NCBI RefSeq assembly: GCF_020073745.1
Contig: NZ_JAIRAU010000047.1
Span: forward strand, 93,990 to 157,989
Direction of reading: 5' to 3'
From: Nannocystis pusilla
GTDB taxonomy: Bacteria > Myxococcota_A > Polyangia > Nannocystales > Nannocystaceae
DNA length: 64,000 nucleotides
Shown here: one piece after another, positions 33,199-43,138 of the stretch
Position numbering within the stretch: the first letter of the stretch is position 1
How the letters are laid out: the number at the start of each line of letters is the position of its first letter
Translations under genes and position numbers: made by a program
The notes under the pieces: model-generated
Told to the model about the DNA's origin: nothing
Database searches by the model: none
The model's input: only the letters and a program-made list of their open reading frames with translations

Positions 33199-33831
33199 TC
33201 ACATCCCCCAATTCGCGGCCTCCAGCCGCCTCAGCGCCTCTTGCACCCCGGTCACCGCGCGCGGCAGATCCCAGCCGCCCGCGGCCCGTCGTCCGGTCCG
33301 GTTGCTGACGCAGCGCAGCTGGACCCACGGCACGCCCGCGCGCCCGCACGCCCACGCCACCGCCGCGCCCTCCATCGTCTCGACCGTCGCCCCCGTCAGG
33401 GTCGCCAGCTCGCGCGAGCGCGGGTCCGTCCCGCTGCACGCGCTGACCGTCGCCCCGCGCACGATCGGCGCCGCGAGCACCCGGGCCGCCGCCGCCGAGC
33501 GCTCCGCGTCGGCGTGAAACGGCCCGTTCGACCCCAGCCCCAGCCGCGACAGCGGCAGAAACCCCTCGTCGGTCGCCACCCCTTCGTCGGCGAGCCACTC
33601 GTCGCCGACCAGGCACACGTCGCCGACGTCCAGCCTGCTCCCCGGGCCATGTCCCTCGGGATAGGCGCCGCAGACCCCGAACAGCAGCACCCACGCCGGC
33701 CGGCGCCTGTGCAGCGCCTCGCTCATGGCCACCGCCGCGGCCACCTTGCCGACGCCGAGGCGCAGCGCCGAGGGCAGCCCGCGGCCCTCGACCTCGGCGG
33801 CGCAGACGAGCAGCGGCGGGGTCACGACCAC
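33199..33831 (-). CDS. mqnB: futalosine hydrolase (MTA/SAH-nucleosidase fold)
   Basis: …VVVTPPLLVCAAEVEG…GVGKVAAAVAM…LLFGVCGAYPEG… has a PNP/UDP-phosphorylase fold. The gene is translationally coupled to mqnD (stop/ATG 2 nt apart). A GTG start was chosen at ~33825-33843. Confidence 0.65.
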   Translation of the reverse strand: MVVTPPLLVCAAEVEGRGLPSALRLGVGKVAAAVAMSEALHRRRPAWVLLFGVCGAYPEGHGPGSRLDVGDVCLVGDEWLADEGVATDEGFLPLSRLGLGSNGPFHADAERSAAAARVLAAPIVRGATVSACSGTDPRSRELATLTGATVETMEGAAVAWACGRAGVPWVQLRCVSNRTGRRAAGGWDLPRAVTGVQEALRRLEAANWGM

Positions 33832-34140
33832 ACGATAGCGCACCTCGACGCGCGACCCACCGGTGACGCCCCGACCGCCGCGATTCGGGGAGCAATTTCT
33901 TAAACGCACGGTCAAACGTCCGCGGCAACTACTTACTCGCGCGAGTAAACATCTCGGGCCTTCGCGAGCCTCGCCGCCAAAGCCCACCGAAGACCCCCGA
34001 GGCCTCGTCGCCGCCGATCCTGCGCACTTCGGTGCACGCGTAAAACGGCGTGCGCAGCGGCCTTCGCAGGCATCTCCGTCAGCTTGGGAATGCTTGTAAC
34101 GCTGGCCTCGGGTGCGCTAACTAGGCCGCGAGTCTGGTCG

Positions 34141-34818
34141 ATGACACAAACCAACACGGCAGCATTCGTCCGCGTCGAAGGCATCCTGCTCGCCCGCGGC
34201 GTGCTCAGCGCGGCGGCCTACCTGGCCGGCAACGCCAAGAAGTTCGGCGAGCGGGCGCTGCGCCTCGGCCTCGTCGGTCTGGCCGCCCCGGTCCACCGCC
34301 TGCTCGGCCAGACCGACCGCGCGCTGGCCCACCGTCTGGCCCACCTCGCCATCCGCGGCATGAGCCGCGACCGCGTCGAGGTCCTGTGCGAGGAGTACGC
34401 CGAGGATGTCCTGAAGGACACCATCCTCGATCAGGGCCTCGAGCTGCTCAAGCGGCTGCAGGCCGAGGGGCGGCGGGTCGTGCTGCTGTCCGACAGCATC
34501 GAGCCGATCATGAAGCCGCTCGCGCGGCACCTCAAGCACTACGACGAGCTCGCCTACAACCACATCGAGTTCGAGGACGACGAGGCCACCGGCAGGCTGC
34601 TCGATCCGGTCATCGGCTCCAACGTCGGCGGCCGCTGGCTCGACGACTACGCCGCGGCGCACAAGCTCGAGCTCGCCCGCTGCTCCGCCTACGGCGCCCA
34701 CGGGCCCGACATGCTGCTGCTCTCGCGCGTCGGCAAGCCGTGCGCCGTCAACCCCGACTTCGTCCTGCGCCGCAGCGCCAAGGACGCCGACTGGCCGATC
34801 ATCGACTATCGCGACTGA
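34141..34818 (+). CDS. HAD-IB family hydrolase (SerB-like phosphatase)
   Basis: AFVRVEGIL…(DxD-type start)…VVLLSDSIEP…GSNVGGRW… match HAD-IB architecture. Confidence 0.65.
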   Translation: MTQTNTAAFVRVEGILLARGVLSAAAYLAGNAKKFGERALRLGLVGLAAPVHRLLGQTDRALAHRLAHLAIRGMSRDRVEVLCEEYAEDVLKDTILDQGLELLKRLQAEGRRVVLLSDSIEPIMKPLARHLKHYDELAYNHIEFEDDEATGRLLDPVIGSNVGGRWLDDYAAAHKLELARCSAYGAHGPDMLLLSRVGKPCAVNPDFVLRRSAKDADWPIIDYRD

Positions 34819-34846
34819 CCTTACGGACAGGAACCGGAGGACACCC

Positions 34847-36532
34847 GTGAACACGCCGCTCTCGATCAAGCACTGCTACGCCGGCCGCCACGTCTTGCTG
34901 ACCGGCGTCACCGGCTTCCTCGGCAAGGTGTGGCTGGCGATGGTGCTGCAGCACGTGCCCGAGATCGGCAAGATCTACGTGCTCACCCGCAAGAAGGCGC
35001 TGCGCCCGGCGGCCGACCGGTTCGAGCGCCAGGTCCAGACCTCGCCGTGCTTCCGCCCGCTGCACGAGAAGTACGGCGCCGACATGAGCCGCTTCGTCAG
35101 CGAGCGGGTCGAGGTCGTCTCCGGCGACGTCTCGCTGCCCGACATGGGCGTCGAGGATCCCGAGGTGCTCGCCCGCCTGCGCCGCGACATCGACCTCGTG
35201 GTCAACTGCGCCGGCCTCGTCGACTTCGACCCCGACCTGCGCGACGCCATGACGACCAACGTCGACGGCGCCCGCAACGCCGCCAACTTCGTCGCCGCCT
35301 GCGACAAGGCCGTCCTCCTCCACATCTCGACCTGCTACGTCACCGGCAAGAAGAACGGCAAGATCGCCGAGGACATCCGCCCCGACCTCGCGCCCAGCGG
35401 CGACGCCTTCGACGTCGAGGCCGAGAGCGCCGACATCCAGGCCAGCATCGACGCCATCCTCGCCGACCACGAGTCGGCCGAGATGGAGCGCCGCGCCCAC
35501 GACGACGCGATCAAGCAGATCCGGGACAAGGGCGGCGACGAGAACAACGCGATGCTGGTGCGCAACACGGCGCGCCGGATCAAGCGCAACCTGCTCAAGG
35601 ACGCGATGGTCGCCGAGGGCCAGCGCCGCGCCGCCCGCTGGGGCTTCACCAACATCTACACCTTCACCAAGAACATGGCCGAGGCGTGGATCGCCCGCCG
35701 CCTCGATCCTGGTCGCTGGGCCATGTTCCGCCCGGCCATCGTCGAGAGCTCGATGAGCTACCCGTTCCCCGGGTGGAACCAGGGCTTCAACACCTGCGGC
35801 CCGCTGAGCTACGCGCTCGGCAGCTGGTTCCGCCACCTCCCGTGCAAGAAGGGCAACCCCTTCGACATCATCCCCGTCGACTACGTCTGCCGCGGCATGA
35901 CCGTCGCCGGCGCCGCCCTCATGCGGGGCGAGCACGCGCCCGTGTACCAGTGCGGCAGCTCCGACCTCAACCTGCTGACCATCGACCGCGCCGTCGAGCT
36001 GGTCGCGCTGGCCCACCGCAAGCACCTGCGCACCCGCGGCGACACCACCCTCGACCGCGTCCTCAAGTCGCGCTGGGACGCCATCGCCGTCACGCCCGAC
36101 CACCCGATGCGGATCGAGAACGTGCGCAAGATGACCGAGTCGGTCGACGAGTGGCTGCGCGACCCGCCGAAGGACTGGCCGGAGTTCATCCGCCGCCGGC
36201 TCACCGACTTCGCCGAGCACACCGAGGACGCCCTCGAGGCGATCGACAAGATCGAGCGCATGTGCGAGCTGTACATGCCGTTCATCCACGACAACCACTT
36301 CGCGTTCTACACGCGCAACCTGCTGCGCCACCCCGTCGTCGAGCCCGAGTGGGACTGCGACCCGCGCAGCATCGACTGGCGCCACTACTGGATCGACGTG
36401 CACATCCCCGGGCTGCGCAAGTGGTGCTTCCCGCTGTTCGAGAACAAGACCCCCGAGAGCTACGCCCCGCGCCACCCCTTCCGCCTGCGCTCGCCCGAGG
36501 CCGCGCCCGCGCCCCACGCCGAGGTCGTCTGA
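34847..36532 (+). CDS. fatty acyl-CoA reductase (FAR; NAD_binding_4 + C-terminal sterile domain)
   Basis: The Rossmann motif [13 protein letters not shown]…YVLTR, …STCYVTG…, and the YTFTKNMAE active site (Y…K) are present. A ~170-aa C-terminal domain is typical of FARs. Confidence 0.85.
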   Translation: MNTPLSIKHCYAGRHVLLTGVTGFLGKVWLAMVLQHVPEIGKIYVLTRKKALRPAADRFERQVQTSPCFRPLHEKYGADMSRFVSERVEVVSGDVSLPDMGVEDPEVLARLRRDIDLVVNCAGLVDFDPDLRDAMTTNVDGARNAANFVAACDKAVLLHISTCYVTGKKNGKIAEDIRPDLAPSGDAFDVEAESADIQASIDAILADHESAEMERRAHDDAIKQIRDKGGDENNAMLVRNTARRIKRNLLKDAMVAEGQRRAARWGFTNIYTFTKNMAEAWIARRLDPGRWAMFRPAIVESSMSYPFPGWNQGFNTCGPLSYALGSWFRHLPCKKGNPFDIIPVDYVCRGMTVAGAALMRGEHAPVYQCGSSDLNLLTIDRAVELVALAHRKHLRTRGDTTLDRVLKSRWDAIAVTPDHPMRIENVRKMTESVDEWLRDPPKDWPEFIRRRLTDFAEHTEDALEAIDKIERMCELYMPFIHDNHFAFYTRNLLRHPVVEPEWDCDPRSIDWRHYWIDVHIPGLRKWCFPLFENKTPESYAPRHPFRLRSPEAAPAPHAEVV

Positions 36533-36536
36533 CACC

Positions 36537-37682
36537 ATGGCCATCTTCCTCACCGGAGCCACCGGATACATCGGCTCGTACGTCGCCGCCGGCCTGCTCG
36601 ACGAGCACCCGAACGAGCGGCTCGCCCTGCTCGTGCGCGCCAAGGATCCCGCCGAGGCCGAGCAGCGGCTGTGGAAGTCCATGCAGCTGCACATGGACTT
36701 CCCGCGCTTCCTCGACCTCGTCCGCACCCGCTGCGACCTCTACCTCGGCGACCTGACCTTCCCCGGCCTCGGCCTCGAGGCCGGCGCGCGCGAGAAGCTG
36801 GTCCGCACCATGGACTCGGTCATCCACTGCGCCGCGTCGCTCAACCGCAAGTCGTCGAAGTCCTGCTTCAACGTCAACCTGCGCGGCACCCTGAGCGTCC
36901 TCAAGCTCGCGCGCGACGCCCAGGACCAGCACGGCCTGCGCCGCTTCACCGACATCAGCACGGTCGCGGTCTCCGGCGAGCGCAAGAGCGAGGTCGTCAC
37001 CGAGGACAACACCGTCGACTGGGACAAGTCCGACTACGACCCGTACGCGCGGACCAAGAAGTTCTGCGAGCACATGCTGCACGAGCTCCTGCCCGACGTC
37101 CCGGGGCTCGTGCTGCGGCCCTCGATCGTCCTCGGCGACAGCCGCTTCCCCGAGACCACCCAGTTCGACATGGTGCGGGCGTTCGTCATGCTCGCCAAGC
37201 TGCCGGTCTTGCCGTTCCACCCCGACTGGCGGCTCGACATCGTCCCGGTCGACTACGTCGCCAAGGCGATCGTCACCCTGCACCAGCGCGACAAGCTGGC
37301 GCACGACGCCTACAACCTCAGCTCCGGCACCGCCTCGCTCACCTACCGCCAGGTCGTCGACGCCATGCGGCGCGCCGGCCACCCGGTCAAGCACCGCTTC
37401 GTCCCCGGCCTCAACGGCGCGTTCAACCGCGTGGTCGAGACCGCCTCCAACACCCCGCGCAACTGGGGCGTCTCGCTCCCGGCCTCGCTGCTCAAGGTGT
37501 TCCTGCCCTACCTCACCTTCGACACCGTGTTCGACAACCGCCGGGTCGTCGACGCCCTCGGCGAGGCGCCCGCCTCGTTCGATCGCTACGCCTACGGGCT
37601 CTACCGCTTCGCGGTCGACCACAACTTCAGCTACCCGTACAAGCCCTGGCCCGGCGGCGCGCAGGTGCGGCAGGTGGCCTAG
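36537..37682 (+). CDS. SDR-family thioester/acyl reductase (NAD-dependent epimerase/dehydratase fold)
   Basis: [13 protein letters not shown] Rossmann motif, …HCAASLN…, and YARTKKFCE (YxxxK) are present. The gene is 4 nt downstream of the FAR gene. Confidence 0.8.
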   Translation: MAIFLTGATGYIGSYVAAGLLDEHPNERLALLVRAKDPAEAEQRLWKSMQLHMDFPRFLDLVRTRCDLYLGDLTFPGLGLEAGAREKLVRTMDSVIHCAASLNRKSSKSCFNVNLRGTLSVLKLARDAQDQHGLRRFTDISTVAVSGERKSEVVTEDNTVDWDKSDYDPYARTKKFCEHMLHELLPDVPGLVLRPSIVLGDSRFPETTQFDMVRAFVMLAKLPVLPFHPDWRLDIVPVDYVAKAIVTLHQRDKLAHDAYNLSSGTASLTYRQVVDAMRRAGHPVKHRFVPGLNGAFNRVVETASNTPRNWGVSLPASLLKVFLPYLTFDTVFDNRRVVDALGEAPASFDRYAYGLYRFAVDHNFSYPYKPWPGGAQVRQVA

Positions 37683-37692
37683 CCCTTCGAAC

Positions 37693-39174
37693 ATGTCCAA
37701 GAGCGCACCCGTCAAGAAGACCACCAGCAAGATCTGGGACAAGGTCAAGGAGGTCGTCGACCCCGACCGCGCCCTCCAGGCCACCGTCGCCGCCGCGATC
37801 GAGGGCGTCGCCGTGCGCCACGTGCTCGGCATGTCGCCGGAGACGTGGGAGCCGGGCAAGCCGCTCAAGCTGCTGCTGGCCGGCTACGTCGGCACGCGCA
37901 ACACCGGCGCCGACGTCCGCGTCGAGGAGATGATCCGCCAGCTGCGCCACGTCGTCGGCGACGACGACCTCGAGCTGACGATCATGACCGTCGATCCCAA
38001 GCTGACGCGCGGCTACTTCCGCGCCGTCCACCAGATCGAGCTGCCGGCGGTGTTCCCCAAGTTCATCGCCCAGGAGTGCCCCAAGCACCACGGCGTCATC
38101 GCCTGCGAGGGCTCGATGTTCAAGTCGAAGTTCTCGAGCGCGCTGACCTGCTTCATGGCCGGCTCGCTCGGCCTCGCCAACGCCGAGAACAAGATCAGCG
38201 TCGGCTACGGCGCCGAGGCCGGCAGCATGACCCCGGGGCTGCGCGACTTCGTGCGCGACGCCTGCAAGAAGTCGCTGGTCATCTGCCGCAACGAGCCCTC
38301 GCGTCAGGTCCTGGGCGAGCTCGGGATCCGCACCACCTCCGGGGCCGACACCGCCTGGACCTTCGACCCGGCGCCGCTGTCGCGCGGCGCTCAGCTGCTG
38401 CGCGACGCCGGCTGGGACGGCCGCCAGAAGGTCCTCGTCGTCTGCCCGATCAACCCGTTCTGGTGGCCGGTCAAGCCCGACCTGCTCAAGTACGCCGCCT
38501 ACAAGCTCGGCGGCCAGTACAAGCACGAGCACTACAGCGCCTTCTACTTCCACCACCACAGCGAGGCGGCGGAGAAGAAGTACAACAACTACATCCAGGC
38601 CCTGGCCGACGGCGTCAACGCCTTCGCGCAGGAGCGCGAGTTCTTCACCATCCTCGTCGGCATGGAGCAGCTCGACCGCCACGCCTGCGAGGACCTGCTG
38701 CCGCGGCTCGACCGCGGCGGGTCGCTGTTCGTCAGCGACGAGCACGACATGTTCGACCTCGTCAGCGTGCTGCGCAATTGCAGCATGATGATCAGCTCTC
38801 GCTTCCACGCGATCGTCACCTCGATGCCGGGCCTCGTGCCCTCGGCCGGCGTCACGATGGACGAGCGGATCCGCAACCTCATGAACGATCGCGGCCACCC
38901 GGACATGTTCTTCGAGGTCGACGAGGACGACCTCGGCGAGAAGCTGCTGCACACCCTGCGCCGGCTGTGGCGCGACGCCGACGCCATCAGCGCCGACATC
39001 GCCCGCGCCGTCCCGGCCCAGCTCAAGCTCATGGGCCAGATGGGCATCGACTTCATGGACGAGGTCGTGCGCGTCTACCCGCAGTTCCCGCGGCGCGACC
39101 TCCCGCGCACCTGGGACGCCCACCTGCCGCCGCTGCCGCCGGGCGTGCAGCGCCTGCTGGAGCGCCACGCATGA
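37693..39174 (+). CDS. polysaccharide pyruvyl transferase family protein (PF04230-like)
   Basis: …LLAGYVGTRNTGADVRVEEMIRQL… and the C-terminal …NCSMMISSRFHAIVTSM… motif are characteristic of CsaB/WcaK-type pyruvyl transferases. Confidence 0.7.
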   Translation: MSKSAPVKKTTSKIWDKVKEVVDPDRALQATVAAAIEGVAVRHVLGMSPETWEPGKPLKLLLAGYVGTRNTGADVRVEEMIRQLRHVVGDDDLELTIMTVDPKLTRGYFRAVHQIELPAVFPKFIAQECPKHHGVIACEGSMFKSKFSSALTCFMAGSLGLANAENKISVGYGAEAGSMTPGLRDFVRDACKKSLVICRNEPSRQVLGELGIRTTSGADTAWTFDPAPLSRGAQLLRDAGWDGRQKVLVVCPINPFWWPVKPDLLKYAAYKLGGQYKHEHYSAFYFHHHSEAAEKKYNNYIQALADGVNAFAQEREFFTILVGMEQLDRHACEDLLPRLDRGGSLFVSDEHDMFDLVSVLRNCSMMISSRFHAIVTSMPGLVPSAGVTMDERIRNLMNDRGHPDMFFEVDEDDLGEKLLHTLRRLWRDADAISADIARAVPAQLKLMGQMGIDFMDEVVRVYPQFPRRDLPRTWDAHLPPLPPGVQRLLERHA

Positions 39175-40805
39175 GCGACAACTTCCTCGACGTCATCCAC
39201 GCCGCGGTCCAGAAGACCCGCGAGGAGCACCTGCTCATCGAGCTCCACGGCAAGGAGCGGCGCCCGACCTCGGCCGCGCAGCTGCTGCACCTCGTCGCCC
39301 ACGCGCGCGGCTCCCTCCGCCGCGCCGGCGTCAAGCCCGGCGACCGCGTCGCCCTGCTCGCCCCCAACTCCGCGCGGTGGGTCGCGGCGGACCTCTCGAT
39401 CCTGTTCGAAGGTGCGATCGTCGTCCCGCTCTACAGCCGCCAGGACCCGCGCGAGCTGGCCGTCATGGTCAAGGACTGCAGCCCGGTGCTCGTCATCGCC
39501 GACGGCCCCGAGCTCGCCGCCGGCCTGCGCGGCGCCTGGCCCGAGCACTGCCCGATCGAGGACCTGCGCGACGTCCTCCGCGGCGACCCGGTGCACGAGC
39601 CGCCGCGCCCGGTCGCGCCCGCCGATCCGGTCACCATCATCTACACCTCCGGCACCAGCGGCGAGCCCAAGGGCGTCGTCCTCACCCGCGCCAACGTCGA
39701 CTACATGCTGCCGCAGACCCGCAGCAGCGTCGACCGGATCACCGGCGGGCAGCGGGCCGACAAGGTGTTCCACTTCCTGCCGTTCTGCTTCGCCGGCTCG
39801 CGCGTCATGTTGTGGACGCAGCTGTACCGCGGCAACCCGCTGCTGCTGTCGACCGACCTGCAGAACCTCGTCGCCGAGATGGGCGCCGCCGATCCGCACT
39901 ATTACCTCAACGTCCCCGCCGTGCTCGAGCGGATCAAGAACGGCGTCGGCAAGAAGATCGCGGAGCGCGGCGGCGTCGCCCTCGCCCTCTACCAGCGCGG
40001 CCAGGCCGCCTTCCGCCGCCGGCGCGAGGGCAAAGCTGGCCTTGGGGACAGGCTCACCCTCGCCCTCGCCAAGAAGCTCGTCTTCAGCAAGATCAAGCAG
40101 CAGGTCGGCCCCAGCCTCGAGTTCCTGATCTGCGGCTCGGCCGCGCTCGCCGAAGAGACCCAGTGGTGGTTCGAGCTGGTCGGCGTGCAGGTCTACCAGG
40201 TCTACGGCCTGACCGAGACCACCGCCATCGTCACCATGGACACCCCGGGCGGCGTGCGCCCCGGCTACGTCGGCCACGCCATCGGCGGCTGCGAGCTCAA
40301 GCTCAGCGACGAGGGCGAGCTGCTGGTCCGCGGCCCTGGCATCTTCGCCGGCTACTGGGGGCGCGAGCAGGCCACCGCCGAGGCCATCCGCGACGGCTGG
40401 TTCCACACCGGCGACCAGTGCGAGCTCGACCACACCGGCAACCTGCGGATCATCGGCCGCGTCAAGAACATCCTCGTCCCCGAGTCGGGCCACAACATCG
40501 CCCCCGAGCCGATCGAGGAGAAGTTCATGACCGCCTGTCCGCGCGCCGAGCAGTGCATGCTCATCGGCCACGCGCGCCCCTTCCTCGGCATCATCGTCCC
40601 CGGCGACGTCCCGAAGGAGGACATCGACGCCGCGCTCGAGGTCGTCAACGCCAGCGTCCCGCACTACAAGAAGATCCGCGCCTTCATCCGCGTCGCCGAC
40701 CCGTTCACCATCGAGAACGGCCTCCTCACCGCCAACCAGAAGCTGCGGCGCCGCGCCGTCGAGCAGCGCTACCGCGCCGAGATCGACAGGGCTTACGCGT
40801 CATGA
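39171..40805 (+). CDS. long-chain fatty acid-CoA ligase (AMP-dependent synthetase)
   Basis: The AMP-binding motif IIYTSGTSGEPKGV, YGLTET, and the GWFHTGDQCELDHTGNLRIIGRVKN hinge are present. The ATG overlaps the upstream stop (ATGA). Confidence 0.85.
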   Translation: MSDNFLDVIHAAVQKTREEHLLIELHGKERRPTSAAQLLHLVAHARGSLRRAGVKPGDRVALLAPNSARWVAADLSILFEGAIVVPLYSRQDPRELAVMVKDCSPVLVIADGPELAAGLRGAWPEHCPIEDLRDVLRGDPVHEPPRPVAPADPVTIIYTSGTSGEPKGVVLTRANVDYMLPQTRSSVDRITGGQRADKVFHFLPFCFAGSRVMLWTQLYRGNPLLLSTDLQNLVAEMGAADPHYYLNVPAVLERIKNGVGKKIAERGGVALALYQRGQAAFRRRREGKAGLGDRLTLALAKKLVFSKIKQQVGPSLEFLICGSAALAEETQWWFELVGVQVYQVYGLTETTAIVTMDTPGGVRPGYVGHAIGGCELKLSDEGELLVRGPGIFAGYWGREQATAEAIRDGWFHTGDQCELDHTGNLRIIGRVKNILVPESGHNIAPEPIEEKFMTACPRAEQCMLIGHARPFLGIIVPGDVPKEDIDAALEVVNASVPHYKKIRAFIRVADPFTIENGLLTANQKLRRRAVEQRYRAEIDRAYAS

Positions 40806-41575
40806 TCGACTGGACCTACGACAGCGGCGTCTACGAGCTCACCCTCGCCACGCCGCCCTGCAACGAGATCGGCACGGCGATGCTCGCCGATCTGCGCCGC
40901 TTCATCGACCAGATCGATCGCGACGCCCACACCCTCATCCTCCGCAGCGGCCTGCGCCAGGGCTTCTGCGCCGGCGCCGACCTGCGCGAGCTCTACCGCG
41001 GCCTGAGCGACGTCCCGGCCGAGCAGCACGCCCCGCTGCTGCGCAAGTTCATCGACGAGATCCACGGCGTCATGGACGACCTCGACATGCTGCCGCTGAC
41101 CACCGTCGGCGTCGTCCACGGCGTCTGCTTCGGCGGCGGCTTCGAGCTCGCGCTCACCTGCGACGTCCTCATCGCCGAGAAGTCGGCCCGCTTCTGCTTC
41201 CCCGAGCTGCGCCTCGGCATCATCCCCGGCTTCGGCGGCATCCCTCGTCTGCGCCGCGACGTCGGCAACGGCCTCATCCGCGACCTCCTGCTCAGCGGCC
41301 GCAGCATCAACGCCAAGAAGGCCCAGGCCGCCGGCCTCGTCAGCCAGGTCGTCGCCGGCGGCGAGGGCATCACCGCCGCGCGCGCCCTCGCGGCCCAGAC
41401 CGCCAAGTTCGATCCGACGGCGCGCAAGGCCGCCAAGGCCTTCATCAAGAAGCTCCCGACCGACGAGCTCCTCGCCGAGCGCGAGCTGTTCGTCCGCCTC
41501 GCCCAGGGACCCGCGCTGCTGGCCGCCCTCAAGCGCTTCGTCGAATCCACCGACCTGCGGCCCTACCTGCCATGA
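40802..41575 (+). CDS. enoyl-CoA hydratase/isomerase (crotonase) family
   Basis: The oxyanion-hole region GFCAGADLRE and …VVHGVCFGGGFELALTCD… are present. It is translationally coupled (ATGA) to the ligase. Confidence 0.85.
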   Translation: MIDWTYDSGVYELTLATPPCNEIGTAMLADLRRFIDQIDRDAHTLILRSGLRQGFCAGADLRELYRGLSDVPAEQHAPLLRKFIDEIHGVMDDLDMLPLTTVGVVHGVCFGGGFELALTCDVLIAEKSARFCFPELRLGIIPGFGGIPRLRRDVGNGLIRDLLLSGRSINAKKAQAAGLVSQVVAGGEGITAARALAAQTAKFDPTARKAAKAFIKKLPTDELLAERELFVRLAQGPALLAALKRFVESTDLRPYLP

Positions 41576-41580
41576 GCCTC

Positions 41581-41880
41581 CTTGTTCCACATCGGCGCGG
41601 AGCCTCGAGCTGCGGCTTGTCTCCGCGCAGTCGCGGGGCTTCGAGCTGCGGCTCGTCTCTTGTTCCGCGCCGGCTTGGGGTCTCGAGCTGCTCCTCTCTT
41701 GTTCCGCGCGGGCTTGGGGTCGCGAGCTGCAGCTCCTCTCTTGTTCCGCGCCGGCTTGGGGTCTCGAGCTGCGGCTCCTCTCTTGTTCCGCGCCGGCTTG
41801 GGGTCTCGAGCTGCTCATCTCTTGTTCCGCGCCGGCTTGGGGTCTCGAGCTGCGGCTCGCCTCTTGTTCCGCGCCAGCGC
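41581..41880. repeat. tandem repeat, ~42-bp unit x ~7 (tcttgttccgcgccggcttggggtctcgagctgcggctcctc)
   Basis: Direct tandem copies with >90% identity are visible. All six frames are open but no protein-like composition is seen. Confidence 0.85.
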
Positions 41881-41884
41881 GGGG

Positions 41885-42060
41885 CCACGGAGACCCGGGT
41901 GGGTCGGCCCGGGCGCGGCGGAGCGGGTCCCTCGCGACGCGAGACCTGCCATGCCAGGTGCTCGCCGGCGATATCTTGCTCTCCGCTTTCCGAAGGTTCT
42001 CTCGCCGTCTGCGCGCCAGGCATGGGGCCCCTCGCTGCGTCCCACTCCGCCGCGCCCGGG
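41885..42060. repeat. inverted copy (left arm) of the dispersed-repeat tail. It forms a ~170-bp inverted repeat with 42483-42690.
   Basis: The reverse complement of cgggtccctcgcgacgcgagacctgccatgccag and of aggcatggggcccctcgctgcgtcccactccgccgcg matches 42500-42680. Confidence 0.75.
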
Positions 42061-42150
42061 CCGACCCAGACGATCGTCGAGCGGCCCCGCTCATCACCGC
42101 TCGCCTGTCCCTTCGGTCCTGCTTCCAGGAACCTGTCTGAACGAGCAGGA

Positions 42151-42490
42151 GCGACCATCTCCGCCTCACGACAAGCGGGACCCGCCACGACCTCTGCTCT
42201 CTCGCTCGACGCGACCATCTCCGCCTCACGACAAGCGGGGCCCGCCACGCCCTCCGTTCCCTCGCTCGACGCGACCATCTCCGCCTCCCGACAAGCGGGG
42301 CCCACCACCGCCTTCGCTCTCTCGTTTGAAGCGACCGCCTCCGCCTCACGACAAGCGGGGCCCACCACCGCCTCCGCTCTCTCGTTTCAAGCGACCACCT
42401 CCGCCTCACGACAAGCGGGGCCCCCTACAACCTCCGCTCTCTCGCTCGAAGCGATCATCTCCCCCTCACGACAAGCGGGGCCCACCACAA
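42151..42490. repeat. tandem repeat, 60-bp unit x ~5.7 (gcgaccatctccgcctcacgacaagcggggcccgccacgccctccgctctctcgctcgac)
   Basis: Unit starts recur every 60 bp (42151, 42211, 42271, 42331, 42391, 42451). The same unit family occurs at 7131-7290. Confidence 0.9.
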
Positions 42491-42690
42491 TCTTCTGGGG
42501 CGGCCTCGCGGCGGCGGAGTGGGACGCAGCGAGGGGCCCCATGCCTCACGCGCAGACGCGGGATCAATCATCGGACATGCCCCATCGGCCGTCCGCGTCG
42601 AGCATGTGGCATGGCAGGTCTCGCGTCGCGAGGGACCCGCTCCGCCGCCGCGAGGCCGCCCCTCCCCGCTCCCCGCGGCCCCGCGTCTCC
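42483..42690. repeat. dispersed-repeat tail (right arm), ~90% identical to 7290-7480. It contains GGACATGCCCCATCGG and GTCGAGCATGTGGCATGGCAGGTCTCGCG.
   Basis: Directly alignable with the 7.3 kb copy. A partial copy also occurs at 5630-5705. Confidence 0.85.
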
Positions 42691-42850
42691 GCGCACGCGA
42701 CTCCCGATGCCTCTCGCCCGAGCCGCTCACCACGGCCCCGCGTCCCCGCGCACGCGAGCCGCTCCCCACGGCCCCGCGTCCCCGCGCACGCGATTCCCGA
42801 TGCCTCTCGCCTGAGCTGCTCCCTACGGCCCCGGGTCTCCCCACACGGCG
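42640..42850. repeat. short tandem repeat block (~26-58-bp units: acggccccgcgtccccgcgcacgcga…tcccgatgcctctcgcc)
   Basis: Four copies of cggccccgcgtc[ct]ccgcgcacgcga and two of ttcccgatgcctctcgcc[ct]gagc are present. Confidence 0.75.
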
Positions 42851-42904
42851 CCTGATCTCCGCGTCCCGACAGCAGAAGCCCGCAGAACACTGAGAGCACA
42901 TCCG

Positions 42905-43138
42905 ATGAGCGACACTCTCGACACACTCATCCGTCTCGCCGCCAAGCGCTTCGGCGCCGACCCGGCCAAGCTCCGCGCCGAGGACGACCTGTTCGAGCGC
43001 CTGGGCATCGACAGTTTTCAGGCCGTCGAGCTCATCTCGGACGTCGAGGACGAGTTCGACGTCGAGCTGCCCGACTACGAGCTTCAGGCGATCAAGACCT
43101 TCGCTGCTCTGGCGCAGAAGATCGACGCGAGGCGCTGA
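42905..43138 (+). CDS. acyl carrier protein
   Basis: The 77-aa protein has LGIDSFQAVELISDVEDEF around the phosphopantetheine-attachment Ser (DSF/DSL motif). Confidence 0.85.
   Translation: MSDTLDTLIRLAAKRFGADPAKLRAEDDLFERLGIDSFQAVELISDVEDEFDVELPDYELQAIKTFAALAQKIDARR

Noticed and set aside
41581-42850. Possible CRISPR array
   Set aside because: The repeats are contiguous tandem units with no unique spacers between them. The unit lengths (42 and 60 bp) and their degeneracy do not fit a repeat-spacer architecture, and no cas genes are present.
41572-42855. 427- and 410-aa ORFs and a 279-aa minus ORF across the repeat spacer
   Set aside because: They are periodic translations of 42-bp and 60-bp tandem DNA repeats. 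All six frames are open and there is no RBS or start context.
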